This document shows positions 22,553 through 34,800 of a DNA stretch of 64,000 nt, piece after piece. Position 1 is the first letter of the stretch. Each line of letters opens with the position of its first letter. Source of the DNA: Nymphaea colorata (Eukaryota); NCBI RefSeq assembly GCF_008831285.2, contig NC_045138.2:20584001-20648000 (forward strand), written 5' to 3'. The notes under the pieces are model-generated. The model had not been told where the DNA came from. It ran no database searches and was given only the letters and a program-made list of their open reading frames with translations. A program made the translations under genes and the position numbers.

Positions 22553-25503
22553 ATGAGGCGCTCTCATCTGCTGCCAATTGTGAGGTGCGTGGCAGCAGTA
22601 ACGCTCCTCTCTTGCTGCTGCTGCTGCCTGGCTGCGGAAGGCGGCAGTGAGGTGGATGGTAGCTCACTTCTCCTCCAAAGCCACCTCCGAAAGTCCACTG
22701 TCATCTTCCCCATGAACGGCAGCGTCTATCCTGATGGGTGGGTATTAAGATACTCTCTCTCTCTCATTCACGCACGCACACAGACACAGGCTTATGGATG
22801 ATGACGAATCATAGTCTAAATGGGTAAAATCGAAAAACAAATCAAATTACAGTTATTCGACATGTTTTATTGATTTTATGTGGCTTGTCTGGTTGAATCC
22901 TCAAAATTACCTCAACAAATGGTGGAAAATCGCATCCCATCAAGGGAGACTCTGCCGGATTCACGGTGACCAAGTCAATTTGAATCTCTTGGATTAGGGC
23001 CAACACGACTCTGGTTTCTTGCAGTTTTCAGTTTTGAAATCCCATCTGTGAATAAACAGTACCATGAGAAGATGGGGAGGCTTATTTCTGCGCTTGCCCG
23101 CAAGTTTTGATGTTACCTAAGAATTTCACGGCGAAGCCTGCCATCCGAGCGTCTAAGATCACCACCTTTCTTCATTTGCCATGCTAAAATGAATCTCTAA
23201 TATTCCCCAACTCTGGCCCCTGTTCAACTGAAATGAACCGAATCAGAGTGAAGATCGTGTTTAAGAAATGACCCGAATATCATCATGATCGTCTCAATGA
23301 ATAGCTGGTGTTCTGCAGGCTTTTCTATGTAACTATGTGGATTGGCAAGCCTCCCAAACCATACTTCCTTGATGTGGACACAGGGAGTGACCTTACTTGG
23401 CTCCAATGTGATGCCCCCTGCATTAGTTGCTCTCAGGTAATAAAAAATGGCAACTGTTGAGCAAAGCTATGATGATTTCTGTTATAATCTGCTTTTCGTT
23501 CTTTTGGTTTGTCTGTATTTACCGATGGCATCCATCTTGTAAACGCTTGTAGGGAGCGCACCCTCTCTACAAACCAAAGAAGACCAACTTGGTTCCTTGT
23601 GGGGATCCGCAATGCATTTCTTTGGGTTCACTAAGGGAGTATGAATGTGAAAAGCCAGACCAGCAATGCGACTATTTGATTGAATATGCAGATCGCAGTT
23701 CGTCACTCGGTGTCATTGTGAAGGAAACCTTCTACCTTCGTTCTGCAAGTGGTACCCTGCTTCGTCCTTCTCTTTCATTCGGGTAAGTCGCCATGCTTTG
23801 AAAGGATGGATGGATGCATATTGCTGGATGTTCATGATAAAACTGCTTCTCATAATTCATATCCGGTTCGCTATTGTTTGCAGTTGTGGATATGATCAAC
23901 GAGGCTCCTTAGCGAATCTTCAATCTGCTGCTGATGGCATACTCGGCCTTGGCAGTGGGAAACCGAGCATTGTTTCTCAGTTGAAGGATCATGGAATTGC
24001 CACAAATGTGATTGGCCATTGTATCAGTCCACAGGGAAAAGTAGGGTACCTTTTCTTTGGCGATGATCTTGTACCTTCTACTAAAAGTGCTACATGGATT
24101 GCAATGCACAGCCATCCATCAGGGTAATTAGCTCTCCACATATTCTCTTCCTAGAGAGTCTATGGTTTCAAATCCTTTTATCTCTTCTCTTCGTTTACAT
24201 TGTTGCTCTTACTTGAACCTTAAGTATTTTAAAGAAAGTAGCTGTTGTCGTACCATATTTTGTTGGTTTAATGCATTCAGTATATGTTGCCTCACATGTC
24301 AATTTGCCTAAAATTTTGTTTACATATGAAGAGAAAAAATATGGTGCTTCTAGCCTATTGAAATCCCTTTTCTAAGGCGCTGGTGTGCCAACCATGCAAT
24401 CAGACACCTAGGTTCCTGGTCTTGTACCTTAGTTATAAGCATGGATGTTTCCCTTTGCTAATGAATTACAGAATGCAGTGAAAGTAGAACTTTTTTTGTG
24501 GCTAAACCTTGGGCTTCATATGTTCAGGAAATACTCCCCTGGACCTGCAGACCTGGTTTTAGGCAAGCAGCGGATTAAAGATCTTATGGTCATCTTTGAT
24601 AGTGGCAGCTCATACACTTACTTCACTTCCCGTGTATATGAGGTGCTGCTCTCAGAGGTCAGTTCAAATGAAACAGGTGGAAGGAAAGCCTTTCTAGTTA
24701 TACTATTCCATCTCCTTGACAAAGCACCTCATTTCTGTGTTCTCAGATAAGCAAAGATCTTTCAGGAAAGCCCATCAAGAAAACGAGAGAGGATATAGCA
24801 CTGCCCTTGTGCTGGCAAGGTCCAAAGGCATTCACTTCTTTTTCTGAAGTCAACAATTACTTCAAGCAAATGGTTCTGGAATTCAAGAACAGCAAGAAAG
24901 CTAAGCTTACAATGTCGCCAGAAAATTATTTGATCATCACTGTATGTGTCTCCATCACATGAGTTCCTATCCTGATCCTTTTACTGCTTTTTTAAGTTTT
25001 AGAAAGGGAAAAACAAAAAAGTGACACTGAATTTTCTTCAGGCACAGGGAAATGTATGCTTGGGCATCCTGAATGGAACTGAGGTAGACCTTGGCGACCT
25101 GAATCTTATTGGAGGTAATAATGGTTGAAATGAACTGCACTTGACATTGTCACAAGTGATGAATCTAAACTGCGAGAATTGATCTTCTTTTGGCCTCTGT
25201 TCTCAGACATCTCGATGCAATCACATGTGATCGTGTATGACAACGAGAATCATCAGATTGGCTGGGCGCCTGCAAACTGCAACAGGCTTCCAATGTTCGA
25301 AGCACATTCTTTGTGAACTTAGTTTCTTATTTTTGCAAGGTTAGTAATTAGCTAACTATGAACAGATATCTCTGACCTCTTTTCTTCTGCACAGTTTTGA
25401 TGGTGCCACTCAGTTTTCATCCCAGTGTCATGGCGCAGATGTCCCAGCGAACGAGTTCAAGCAGTGTCCTGCTGCTTACCTGAAACCAGCTGAGTCTGGC
25501 TGA
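22553..25503 (+). CDS. Aspartic proteinase Asp1/nucellin-like (A1 family), copy 1; exons 22553-22737, 23319-23436, 23553-23782, 23884-24123, 24528-24657, 24747-24941, 25042-25114, 25207-25294, 25395-25503 (stop at 25316 if the last intron is retained)
   Basis: Signal-peptide-like N-terminus, GSVYPDG, catalytic LDVDTGSDLTWLQCDAPC and IFDSGSSYTY, DGILGLG, NVIGHC, NVCLGILNG, YDNE..QIGW.PANC. GT-AG junctions keep the frame. Confidence 0.92.
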
Positions 25504-25784
25504 CTACCTTCCAATAGAAAAAGGCTGACTAGTGTAGTATACCATTTTTTGGTTTGCACAAAAATTAGTCACAGTCATGGGAAAAGGGATTATACACAAT
25601 GTACGACGCAAAATGAAAGTATGACAATGAAAGCCATGCTCTTTACTACATCTTTTTTGCTGTTTCTAGGGGGTGACCCCATGGTTTTACTATCAAATCA
25701 ACAGGCCTGGCATATGTAAGATCGGACCCACCTAGTCCTTCGTATGAGGATAAACAGTCGTCAAATTCGATACAGATGGAAATG

Positions 25785-25856
<72 letters not shown>

Positions 25857-25885
25857 CCTCTAATTCGTTTTGCCCCAACAAGTTG

Positions 25886-26184
25886 ATATTGCTTAACCAA
25901 ATTCTCACGGTTTACCGTTTACCCATAATATTTACATATTCAATATTTACCCCTTAGGGGACAGACAAAATTCCCTTTTTGCCCTCATGCTTAATAGGTA
26001 CAGTCTTGCATTTAGATACAATTTCCATATGCAAATCCATATTGCTTAACCAAATTTTCAGGGTTTACCCATAATATTTACATATTCAAGATTTGCCCCT
26101 TAGGGGACAGACAAAATTCCCTTTTTGCCCTCATGCATAATAGGTACAGTCTTGCATTTAGATACATTTTCCATATGCAAATCC
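25886..26184. repeat. ~150-bp tandem duplication
   Basis: ATATTGCTTAACCAAATT...TAGGGGACAGACAAAATTCC...CATATGCAAATCC starts at 25886 and 26039. Confidence 0.9.
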
Positions 26185-27879
26185 CTATTCCCATGCTAAT
26201 CAGACCTTTCGGAGAGGGGAAGAGAAAAATATTTCCAGATAGAACCTAGAGACAGTAAAGGGAAAACATGAGCCAAAAATTAGTGTTACATATATAGAGA
26301 GCCAATATAAGGCAACTGTGAGATGAAATTGCTGTTTTATTTCGTTTACAACACGAAGAAGTTTATAATGGTTTTCTTTAATTAAAAGTTGTACATAAAA
26401 AGGAGTTTACAGAATCTTATTGATCTTTGACTCGTGAGCTTCTACAGAGCGCTTCTATTCATCTGGCTCTCGCCTATTTCTAATGAATTTTGATCATCGG
26501 AGGGATGCTGCACAGAGCAAGGAGCTGAACCAATATGAACAGAAACATACCAAACAACCTTTACATGCCATCATTCTTGCCGCACCATGCAAGCACGAAT
26601 GTCTGAAGTTCAAATAGGCATATCTGCTGGACTGTGGCCAGAACTGTCTGCTCGACTTAGTTTTAGCTGAGGTCCAGTCTTTTTTCTCCTAAAAAATCAA
26701 AAAACGATCAAAAACTTGAACATCATTATGAGCAGCAGTAGAATATCTTGGGTATTTTCCTTTTTACACTAAGTGGGCATTTGGTAACAGGAATACTGCT
26801 TTCTTTGAAACAAGATGTGTGTTAGCATAACAGATTACATTCACAAGACAACAGATTACATTCGCAAGACAGAGAAGACCCATTTTTTACATACGAAGCT
26901 TTCTTTTTAGATTCAATTCATTTATCCTTACATTTGAAACTCTCATTTTAGGGCCAATTCATTTTGTTTTAGTTTTCAATACCAAACAAACCCACTTTCC
27001 TGATTTTGGTGTCTTTCTTTTTATGATTCAATGCTTATGGAATTCAAATTTTGTTTCTAACTAATAAAAATTAAGGTTTTTCTTCAATAAAACACAATTT
27101 CATCTCATAGAGCACAAAGTTACTTAGGCAAAGATTTTGTTGCAACATGAATGCATATAAGTGTAGTTTATGACTCAATGTTACATAATTGATGCTCCAT
27201 CAATAGACTACATGTTTCCTGTGCACGAATTGTTGGAAAATTAGTGTTTGTGATGCTATGCGCAGATCCAAATTTTACTACAAATAAGAGAGAATATTTC
27301 ACTATGTGAAAAGGAAGAAAATATTTGAATTTATGTTATGAAGCTCATAATTTATTAGCTTAGTACTCTTAAATGCAAATTTTGCTAAGCTAAGACATGG
27401 TAATAAATGAAGTCACTACAATTTTATGTCTATATAGGGGTAGTTTGGCGACAGTGACATTCACAAAGTGTTTCTCCTACCAAACAACCCCATAAGGAAT
27501 AAGAATGCCTCGATGCACATAAGAAACACATTATGTTGATTAAAATGTTATAGTTGCATTTGCCATTTGAACGAATCACTTTATTTAAGAACTTAAGTTA
27601 GGAATAACCAACGGACATGTTTAAATTCATCATGATAATTAGGTAACAATTAGTTTAATTTAATGAATATTAAATCTCATACTTGAAAGAGCAAATAAGA
27701 TAGGAGCAAAAGGCAAGATGGAAGCCAAACATGACGATGGATAAGATCTGATGACGGCAATTTCTATCTAGGAAACCTCCTGTGGCCAGATCATGGGTTG
27801 ATAAGTGTAGATCGGAAAACTAGGAATGGGAAGATCTTGCATATTTGATGTTTGTTCAGGTGGAGGGGAATGACCGAGA

Positions 27880-30800
27880 ATCTTGATTTTCGCATCCATG
27901 GTGGAACAGCTTAATAAACCCTTTCAATTCATGGAAATCACCTACTTTATAGGTGATTCTACAAGAAAAAGTATGGATTTCAATTATATCGTGAAAAGTT
28001 ATCAATGCTCTAGAAGGATGTGGATAATCTATGCTTTTCATTTCTTAGGCAAAGATCATTGTTTGTTAAGATCATTGTTTGTTAAAGTCCACAATGAAGA
28101 TAGTTAGCAAATCCTTCTCTAAGAAGGGGCATGGAGGCTTCGAGAAAGAACATTAGTTGCAAACCATTGGAAGCCAAGGCGTTCCTTTAAGGTGGAGGAC
28201 TCTCTTCAGGTGCCTCTATGGATTAGGTTGCCTAATCTTCTATTGTTGTTGTGGCACAGGGAAGTGTTTAAAACTTTAAATCAATAGCAAAAGCCATTTA
28301 AGTTGAATTGATTGAAGAAGATGAACTGACAAGAGTAATGTCGAGAATTGTGTCTGCTTGATTGAAAATTGAGGTTCCTCTTTTCTTTGTTCCCAAACAG
28401 GCAATTGATGTGTTCCGCGATGATGGTGTTAGAGTTTTACAGGAAGTTTAGTATGAGGGTTACTAGTATCAAGTTACGCATTCAGAGTTAACACCCATCT
28501 TACAGAAGATTATAAAGTGCGCAAGGAACATTCCGCAACTAGAGGTTTGGGACTCGAGCTAAAGAAGTTTGCTTAGAGGTCAAAGTGTCTTGCAAACAAT
28601 GGAGGGGAAGACAAGGTTGGGGTGACCTTCGTAGGGAGCAGAAGCATATCCAAACATAGAGGGGTGAACACATATGAGAGTCAGATGTCGGTTGACTTTG
28701 AGGCAATGAATCCTAGTAAGGAGGATTTTCTAATGGCACATGAAGAGGCTTTCTATAAGTAAGAGGTCATCAAGGAAGAATGCTGATCCAGGTATGTCCT
28801 GTCTCTATTCTTAGGTTGTTTGATTCTTTGTGAAATTGTGTAAATAAGAAGAATGAGATGGAGAAGAAAAATAAGATGAGTGCACCCAGCTCTCGGCATG
28901 ACCTATTAGGGAAAAGGACAAATAAGAAAGAGTTGGTAGAGATTTAGCTTTCTGAGGCCCCTTTAAAACTGGTTAGAAGAGGAAAGGTAGACATGGAAGG
29001 GAGAAGCCAGTTAGAGCTTTAGCTCCTTATGATTGACCTAAGAACAGTAAAGACAAGATGCCTCTAGAGGATACCACCAACACTGAAAGCATCTTGCCTA
29101 ATGTTGATGATGATGAAGAGGCTTGCGGTAGGGGTGTGGATCCAAGGAGGCCAACTGTGAAATAGAAATGAAAGAAGTAGATTTCTTAGTCCCAAAGCCA
29201 TTGTAAAATGTTGCCTCATGAAGATCATTTCATGGAATGCAAGAGGTTTAGCTCTTCTACCTCAAAGAGTTGAACATCTATATAGAGACAAAACGGCCGG
29301 AGCTATTCTTTATATATACTCAATGATCAGTCCCAATAATATTGAAAGATAGAGGATGAGACATCTCAATTTTGCAATTGCATGATGTATGTTTGTTGCC
29401 AGAGCACAAGTACACATAATCTTGGGTTGGAACCTAGAGAGGTTATCGGTGAAAGAGGTGGATATAAACGAAGAATGGATAATTGCTATGAGAGGTGCCC
29501 AACAAGTGATTTGTATTACATGTGTAAATTTGAGTCATAACATGTTGGTTAGGAGGGCAACCTTTAGAAATTTATCAATTAAGTTGTAGAGGATTGTGCA
29601 TCCCAAAATTGTGATTGGTGATTTTAATGCTCTAAGAGGCTCTAGAGATAAACTAGGCAGACATCTTAATGCATTAGCTTGTCTAGACTCAGTCCCAATC
29701 AGTAATGATGTTAATGTGGTATCTAAATCTTAGATGTCTCCCATGGATAGTGTCTGATCATTGTGTTTTAGTTCATAGTATTTGTAATCCTACTGTTTTT
29801 AGATTTGATAGACATCTTTTTTTACATTTCAGCTGTTGGGATTTTAAAGAATGTTGTGGAGTTAAAAAAGTTGAAAAGAACGAGTAAAATGTAGGAATGC
29901 AAAACTCAGTGAGCATGTCTCTTAGTATTATGGTAGAGCTAGAGATGATGCAAAGTATTTATGGTTTCAAATCTCTCCAACTAACAGAGTATGAGTTGCT
30001 TCTTAGGAATGAGCTATAACTTCACATTAAAAGAGGAGGAGTTGTATTGGCAGCAAAGATCTAGAACTAACTAGTTGCATAATGGGGACAAAAATACAAC
30101 ATATTTTCATGTCATGTAAAAAATAGTCAAAATAAAAGGTAGGTAATGGTTATGGAAGTGGTTGGTTATAGAGTTGGGAGGGGAAAGGATCTCCATGAGG
30201 CTTGCATATTGTACTTTGAAAAATTTTATAGAAGCAATGGTTTTGAAGGCTTGATGATAGAAGCTTATGGGTCAACTCATTTGTTAGTAAAGAAAATAAT
30301 GAGAAATTGCACTCTCTTATTCTTGACTCGAAAATTTGTTAAAAAAAGGTTCTGTTTCGTAGGCACAACAATAAAGCCACAGGCCACGATGTCTTCGGGG
30401 CTGATTTTTATAGGTAACATTGGAAATTTGGTGGCTTTGTTGTATCCAAGGCAGTGCATGATTTTTTCAAAATTGAAAAAAAATCATGAAAAGTGTGAAC
30501 AAGATACACTTAGTCCTTATAAAGAAAAATAATAGAAGCTCTTAATATAAAGGAGTTTAGGCAAATTGCTTTGTGAAATTTTCATTGCAAAATAATCTCA
30601 AAATGAAGGTGGGTCATATGAATTAATTTTGGCAGAAATCATGGGATTTGATTAGAGAGTTGTCCTCCCTAATAGAATGATCAAGCATCACATTATAATA
30701 CTTCATGAAATCATTAATAATGTGGACAAGTCATCAAAACAATCAGTGCTCATGAAATTAGATATTTCAAAAGTATATGATAATGTCGAATAGAATTTTT

Positions 30801-31845
30801 TTTGAGGCAGTATTGGTGTACCTTAATTTTAGCTATTTCTAGACATCTAGATTAATGACTTGTGTTACATTTTTTAATATGCCTTGGTGCTTAATGAAAG
30901 AGAAGGTAAGGAATTTTATTGTGGAAAACGACTCCGATAAGGAGATCCTTTGTCACCATTTCTATTCTTAGTTGTGGTTGAAACCCTTTCCCATAGGCTT
31001 AGAATGTTTCATTATGGGAGAGTAGAAACTCTAATAGGGCTAAATTTTAGACTAGATTCTCCTATAGCCTTCTATGGAGATGACATGATATTGATCAGCA
31101 AGGCTAGTTTAGAATCTATCTCCAGTATAAAGGACATCTTGGTTGAATTTGCTGGTAGCGCATGACTATTTTACCGATGGTCAGAAAATATCAGTAAATG
31201 TAAACGTCAGTCAATAAAACTTTTACTGATGCCTTCCCCGAACATCGAGGAATAAAATGTCAGTGAATACTATCACCAACATTTCTGTTACACACATCGA
31301 TGTAGATTGTATTCACTGATGCATGTTGAATGTAATTGAATATACTATTATGTGACATCTATGATAGTATTAGCGACGATGGCATAAACATCGGTGATAA
31401 TGCCCTTTGACGATTGTTGAACATCGTTAAGGATTTTTACTGATGTTCGTCTGAATGTTAGTCATAGTTTTATCAACGTTTTTCATAAATGTTGATAAAC
31501 ATTTGACCAATGTTCAGAGAAACATTGATGATATTCTTTACGATGCACTACCATGTGTTGGTAAAGATTTGAATTTTTTGTTTTGTTGAAAAATCAATAA
31601 ACAAAAAGTCTAGTTGATGTCACTTCAATGTATCTAATGCTCAATGTAATCAGACTGCAACATTATTGGGATAGAATCTTGCGACTCTCCCTTCTATTTA
31701 ACTAGATTTACCACTTATTATTGGTAACTCAAAGTAAATATGTGTGAGAATCTGAAACATAATCTTAGGAAGTTTCAGTAGCAAAGTGGACTTGCACAGG
31801 GATGTATGGAAAGTGTGAGATGGGAAGAGGGTGGTTTAGTTACAT
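27880..31845 (+). mobile_element. Decayed L1-type LINE (ORF1 remnant; ORF2 endonuclease + RT remnant), interrupted at ~31165-31580 and at its 3' part by a Copia insertion
   Basis: ORF1-like VPLWIRLPNLLLLLWHREVF (~28210). ORF2 start MKIISWNARGL (29218), IGDFNA, SDHC, YWQQRSR, GDKNTTYFH, KLDISKVYD, GDPLSPFLF, FYGDD. Many stops and frameshifts. Confidence 0.85.
31165..31580. mobile_element. Probable DNA-transposon (CACTA-like subterminal repeat) fragment inserted in the LINE
   Basis: Repeated ACCGATG/ACTGATG/CATCGGT-like motifs in both orientations interrupt the LINE RT. No clear TIR or TSD. Confidence 0.4.
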
Positions 31846-31850
31846 GAACC

Positions 31851-34800
31851 TGTAAGATCATTTGGTGGGCCGACATATGTCTATGAGGAATTTCAGACAT
31901 TATAGATGTCTTAAAATAAATATCCGCTTAAGTGATTGCATTTTGGGATATTATGTCATTTTAGATGATATGGGGTAATTTTGAAATGTATAGATACCAG
32001 TACGCAATTATGGACTCTTTGATGGGCGGAATTCGTAATTGTCCTCATTATAAAATGGTAGTGGTCCCTAGGGTCGTGCAATGGTTGCCTGAAACGTTGG
32101 TTTCTAGGGTTTTCCTCTTTCCCATCTGAGAGAGACCTCAAGCGCGCCGCACGTACCCTGGAAGACTCTACTTCGATCTTCCCGTGCACCAGTTCAGATG
32201 GATTCAGGTATACTTTCGCTTCAGTTTAAGGTTTTGTTTATTTCAATGATTTAGCATGAGCATGATCCTGTTTTAGGGTATATACGTTTGGTTTTGTATA
32301 TGCATGAAGGGGAGAAATCCCTACAATTGGTATTAGAGCCTATGCTCATTGTTGAATCGTTGATCTTTTGGATGATTTTTTTTCGGGCTTCCGCTACAGT
32401 CGCCTGAGACACAGGGAAGTATGGCGAAGGGACGGCCAAGCAACCGTCGCCGGAAGGCAAACAGCCGTTTGCCGGCCGTCCTGGCGCGACCCGCCGCCGG
32501 CCCGTCGGTGGTTCCCCTGCGTCTGTCGCAGCCACTCAAGAGGAAGAAAAGGGAAAAGGGGCAGATTTGAAATCAAGGGGAAACCGGCCAGAATCGGCCT
32601 GTTTCCGGCGGGCGTCGGCCCGCCATCGTGGCGGCCGACGTCCGGCGACGCTGGCGGCACCCGCCGGCGGCCACCCACGGTGTTGGGTGGCCTGCCGGTG
32701 GAGCTTCACCGCCCGCCTGCCGTTCGGCAGGCGAGCGGTGGAGGCAACGCCCGCGATCGCTCACGCGGGCAGGCGGACCGGGTCGGGTCTTGCAGACTCG
32801 ATCCGGATCCATCAGATTTAAAAAAAAAATATTCATTTTGCCGCCCGCCCGCGCCTCTGTATCCATGCGGTTTAAGTTTTTTTGAGAAACGGTTCATCCT
32901 TGTCAAACCGGTTCTGAAAAGAGTCAAACGGGTTCATTCGGTTACAGAACGATTCAACTCGATTCAGAACCGGTTCAGACCTTTTAGGGACCGGTTCGGA
33001 CCTTTTGGGGGCCGATTCGGATCATTTTGGGTCCGGCTCATTAAGTTTAAATCCGATTCAGACAGTTTCGAACCTTTTGGAGACCGGTTCATTCAGTTTT
33101 GGAGCCGATTCGGTCCATTTTCGGACCGGTTCAGTTATTTTTCAGTCGATTCAGTTGATTTTCAAACTGATTCAGGGCTTTTCAGACCGGTTTATTCAGT
33201 TTTAGAACCGATTTTAGCCATTTATTAACCGATTCAGTGGGTTTTTTTGAACCGATACGGTCTATTTTTTGACCGGTTCGTCCAATTTTTAGACCGGTTC
33301 AGCCCTATTTAGGGGCACGTGGGTGTTCTAGTTGTGGTTTAAGAACGATAAGGGCCACTTTAAGGCCGATTTAGTGGTTCTTGACCCACTTAAGTACAAT
33401 TATGGTATCGGTTTATAAAATTTTGGACTCTTTTGGGCCCATATCATTGAACCATTTGGTTTTGAATTCAATATAAGACAATTTTGTATGTGTCACATCA
33501 TTGAATCATTTGGTTTTGGATTTAATGTAGAGCAAATTTGTATGTAAATTTTAATTCATGTATCATGTTTTGCATGTTTTAAATTTGTGGGTGTACTTTA
33601 AATGAATGTTTGGATTATGAATTTGATCTTTGGCCATGTCTGTTGTTTAAAATGAGTAAGTTTGTATTTTATGTCGCCAAAATGACCTCTGTTGTACGAA
33701 TTTGCCTGTTTTGAACATTAGATGATAGTATACTTGATCCATGCGGGCAATGATCAACCCAAAGGAGGATTGTTGTTTGGTCAGGTTTAAGTATACAGGG
33801 CAATGAATATGTGATAATTTTTCATGTTTTCATGTAAATAGCGAGTCAATCCAAAGATAGGCTCGTTGTTTGACAGGGTTAATTATCTATATTCATTGTT
33901 GACCAAAAATACCACTTGCAGTTAGTATTTCAATCCCAAGATTGGATATTAACGTTGCACCGATACCTTGTGATGGGATTTAGGCCATTGTACCTTGTGA
34001 TGGGATTTAGGCCATTGTATTTAAATTCATTTATATTTGCTATTTCATTTTTGTACATGTTTTGATTGTGAGCATGTTTGGTATTTTTGTTCTTTGTACA
34101 GTGAGTTCTGCTTTCATGATATCTGTAAATTTGAGTACTGTTCCTCAGTTAAATGGTTCGAATTTTAAGGACTGGAAAGAAACTGTTATGATTGTTCTAG
34201 GTTATATGGATTTAGACCTTGCATTTAGGGAGTTATGCCTACCTCATCCAACAGATCAAAGTTCCCATGAAGATAAGCGGTACTTTGAACGGTGGGAACG
34301 CTCAAACCGCATGTGTCTAATGATCATGAAGAGATCAATCCTAGAAAATTTTAAGAGCTCTATTATTGAAAAGGCTAGTGCCAAGGCGTTCCTTAAAGAG
34401 ATTAAAAAACGTTTTGCTAAAAATGAAAAGGCTGAAACAAGCACTCTTTTGAGTAAACTTGTGACGCTGAAGTATAAAAGTAAGGGGAACATACGGATGC
34501 ACATTATGGAAATGTCTCATCTTGCTTCAAAATTACAGGGGCTAGGTCTGTGGTTATCTGAAGACTTTATAGTGCATATGGTTCTTCTTTCTCTTCCACC
34601 ACAGTTTGGACAGTTTAAAGTTAGTTATAACTGTCAGAATGAGAAATGAGCTCTTAATGAGCTCATTTTGCACTGTGTGGAAGAAGATGAGAGATTGAAG
34701 CATGATAGGATAGAAAGTGCTCACTTGGCTACTACGCCTGAAAGTAAGAAAAAGAATGCTATTAAGGAAGTTGCAGTTGATCATGCATCCATCAAGAAAC

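Noticed and set aside
32251..33228. 286-aa ORF and overlapping GC-rich ORFs
   Set aside because: By-products of the CpG-rich, microrepeat Copia leader.
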